Assembly: GCA_029838215.1 (NCBI GenBank)
Contig: JALGVI010000003.1
Span: forward strand, 32,001-96,000
Length of the DNA stretch: 64,000 nucleotides
Source of the DNA: Candidatus Helarchaeota archaeon
GTDB taxonomy: Archaea > Asgardarchaeota > Lokiarchaeia > Helarchaeales > RDOG01
Direction: 5' to 3'
The stretch's first letter is position 1. The number at the start of each line of letters is the position of its first letter. Below are positions 63,900 to 64,000 of this stretch, in pieces. The notes under the pieces are model-generated. The model made no database searches. It was not told where the DNA came from and was given only the letters and a program-made list of their open reading frames with translations. Position numbers and translations under genes: made by a program.

Positions 63900-64000
63900 T
63901 TAAAGATCATCCAATTTATTCTTCAGTTCTTCAATTACGCCAAGTATCTTTTCATCAGGACGGTTTTCTTCATAACTGTTTTTAATGAATTTTTCAAAGA
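63900..64000 (-). CDS. 3' end of a CDS entering from beyond the window
   Basis: Manual translation: ...FEKFIKNSYEENRPDEKILGVIEELKNKLDDL*, stop at 63900-63902. Confidence 0.5.
   Translation of the reverse strand, partial: FEKFIKNSYEENRPDEKILGVIEELKNKLDDL

Overview
A 64-kb, AT-rich, gene-dense archaeal chromosome segment. Asgard affiliation (Loki/Hel-like) is inferred from the co-occurrence of eL38, Rpo8, SmAP3, a presenilin-like protease, an Rpn11/CSN5-like JAMM protein, V4R/Bet3-like proteins and TPR/HEAT proteins. It is mostly housekeeping: alaS, leuS, tRNA-Val(CAC), tRNA-Arg(TCT), trm5, tgtA, rpoA1-rpoA2-rpl30e-nusA, rps12, a thermosome subunit, moaB/moaC and two moeA. It also carries one intact and one decayed UPF0175/DUF3368 toxin-antitoxin module, two apparently orphan DNA methyltransferases next to a Mesh1-like HD hydrolase, and a glycyl radical enzyme with no activase in the window. 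I saw no CRISPR array, rRNA, transposase or integrase. The leading observations are: (1) the RNA polymerase A'/A'' split point appears shifted, with a Lys-rich leader on A'' and a junction one base away from fusion; (2) an acyl-CoA ligase carries an SCP2-like domain inserted inside its adenylation domain, beside an unannotated 58-aa ORF, a palindrome-rich divergent promoter and the glycyl radical enzyme; (3) a protease with eukaryotic-presenilin-style motifs; (4) a JAMM domain fused to a long helical region; (5) a tandem V4R/Bet3-like pair. All family assignments come from motif recognition by eye. No database searches were run.
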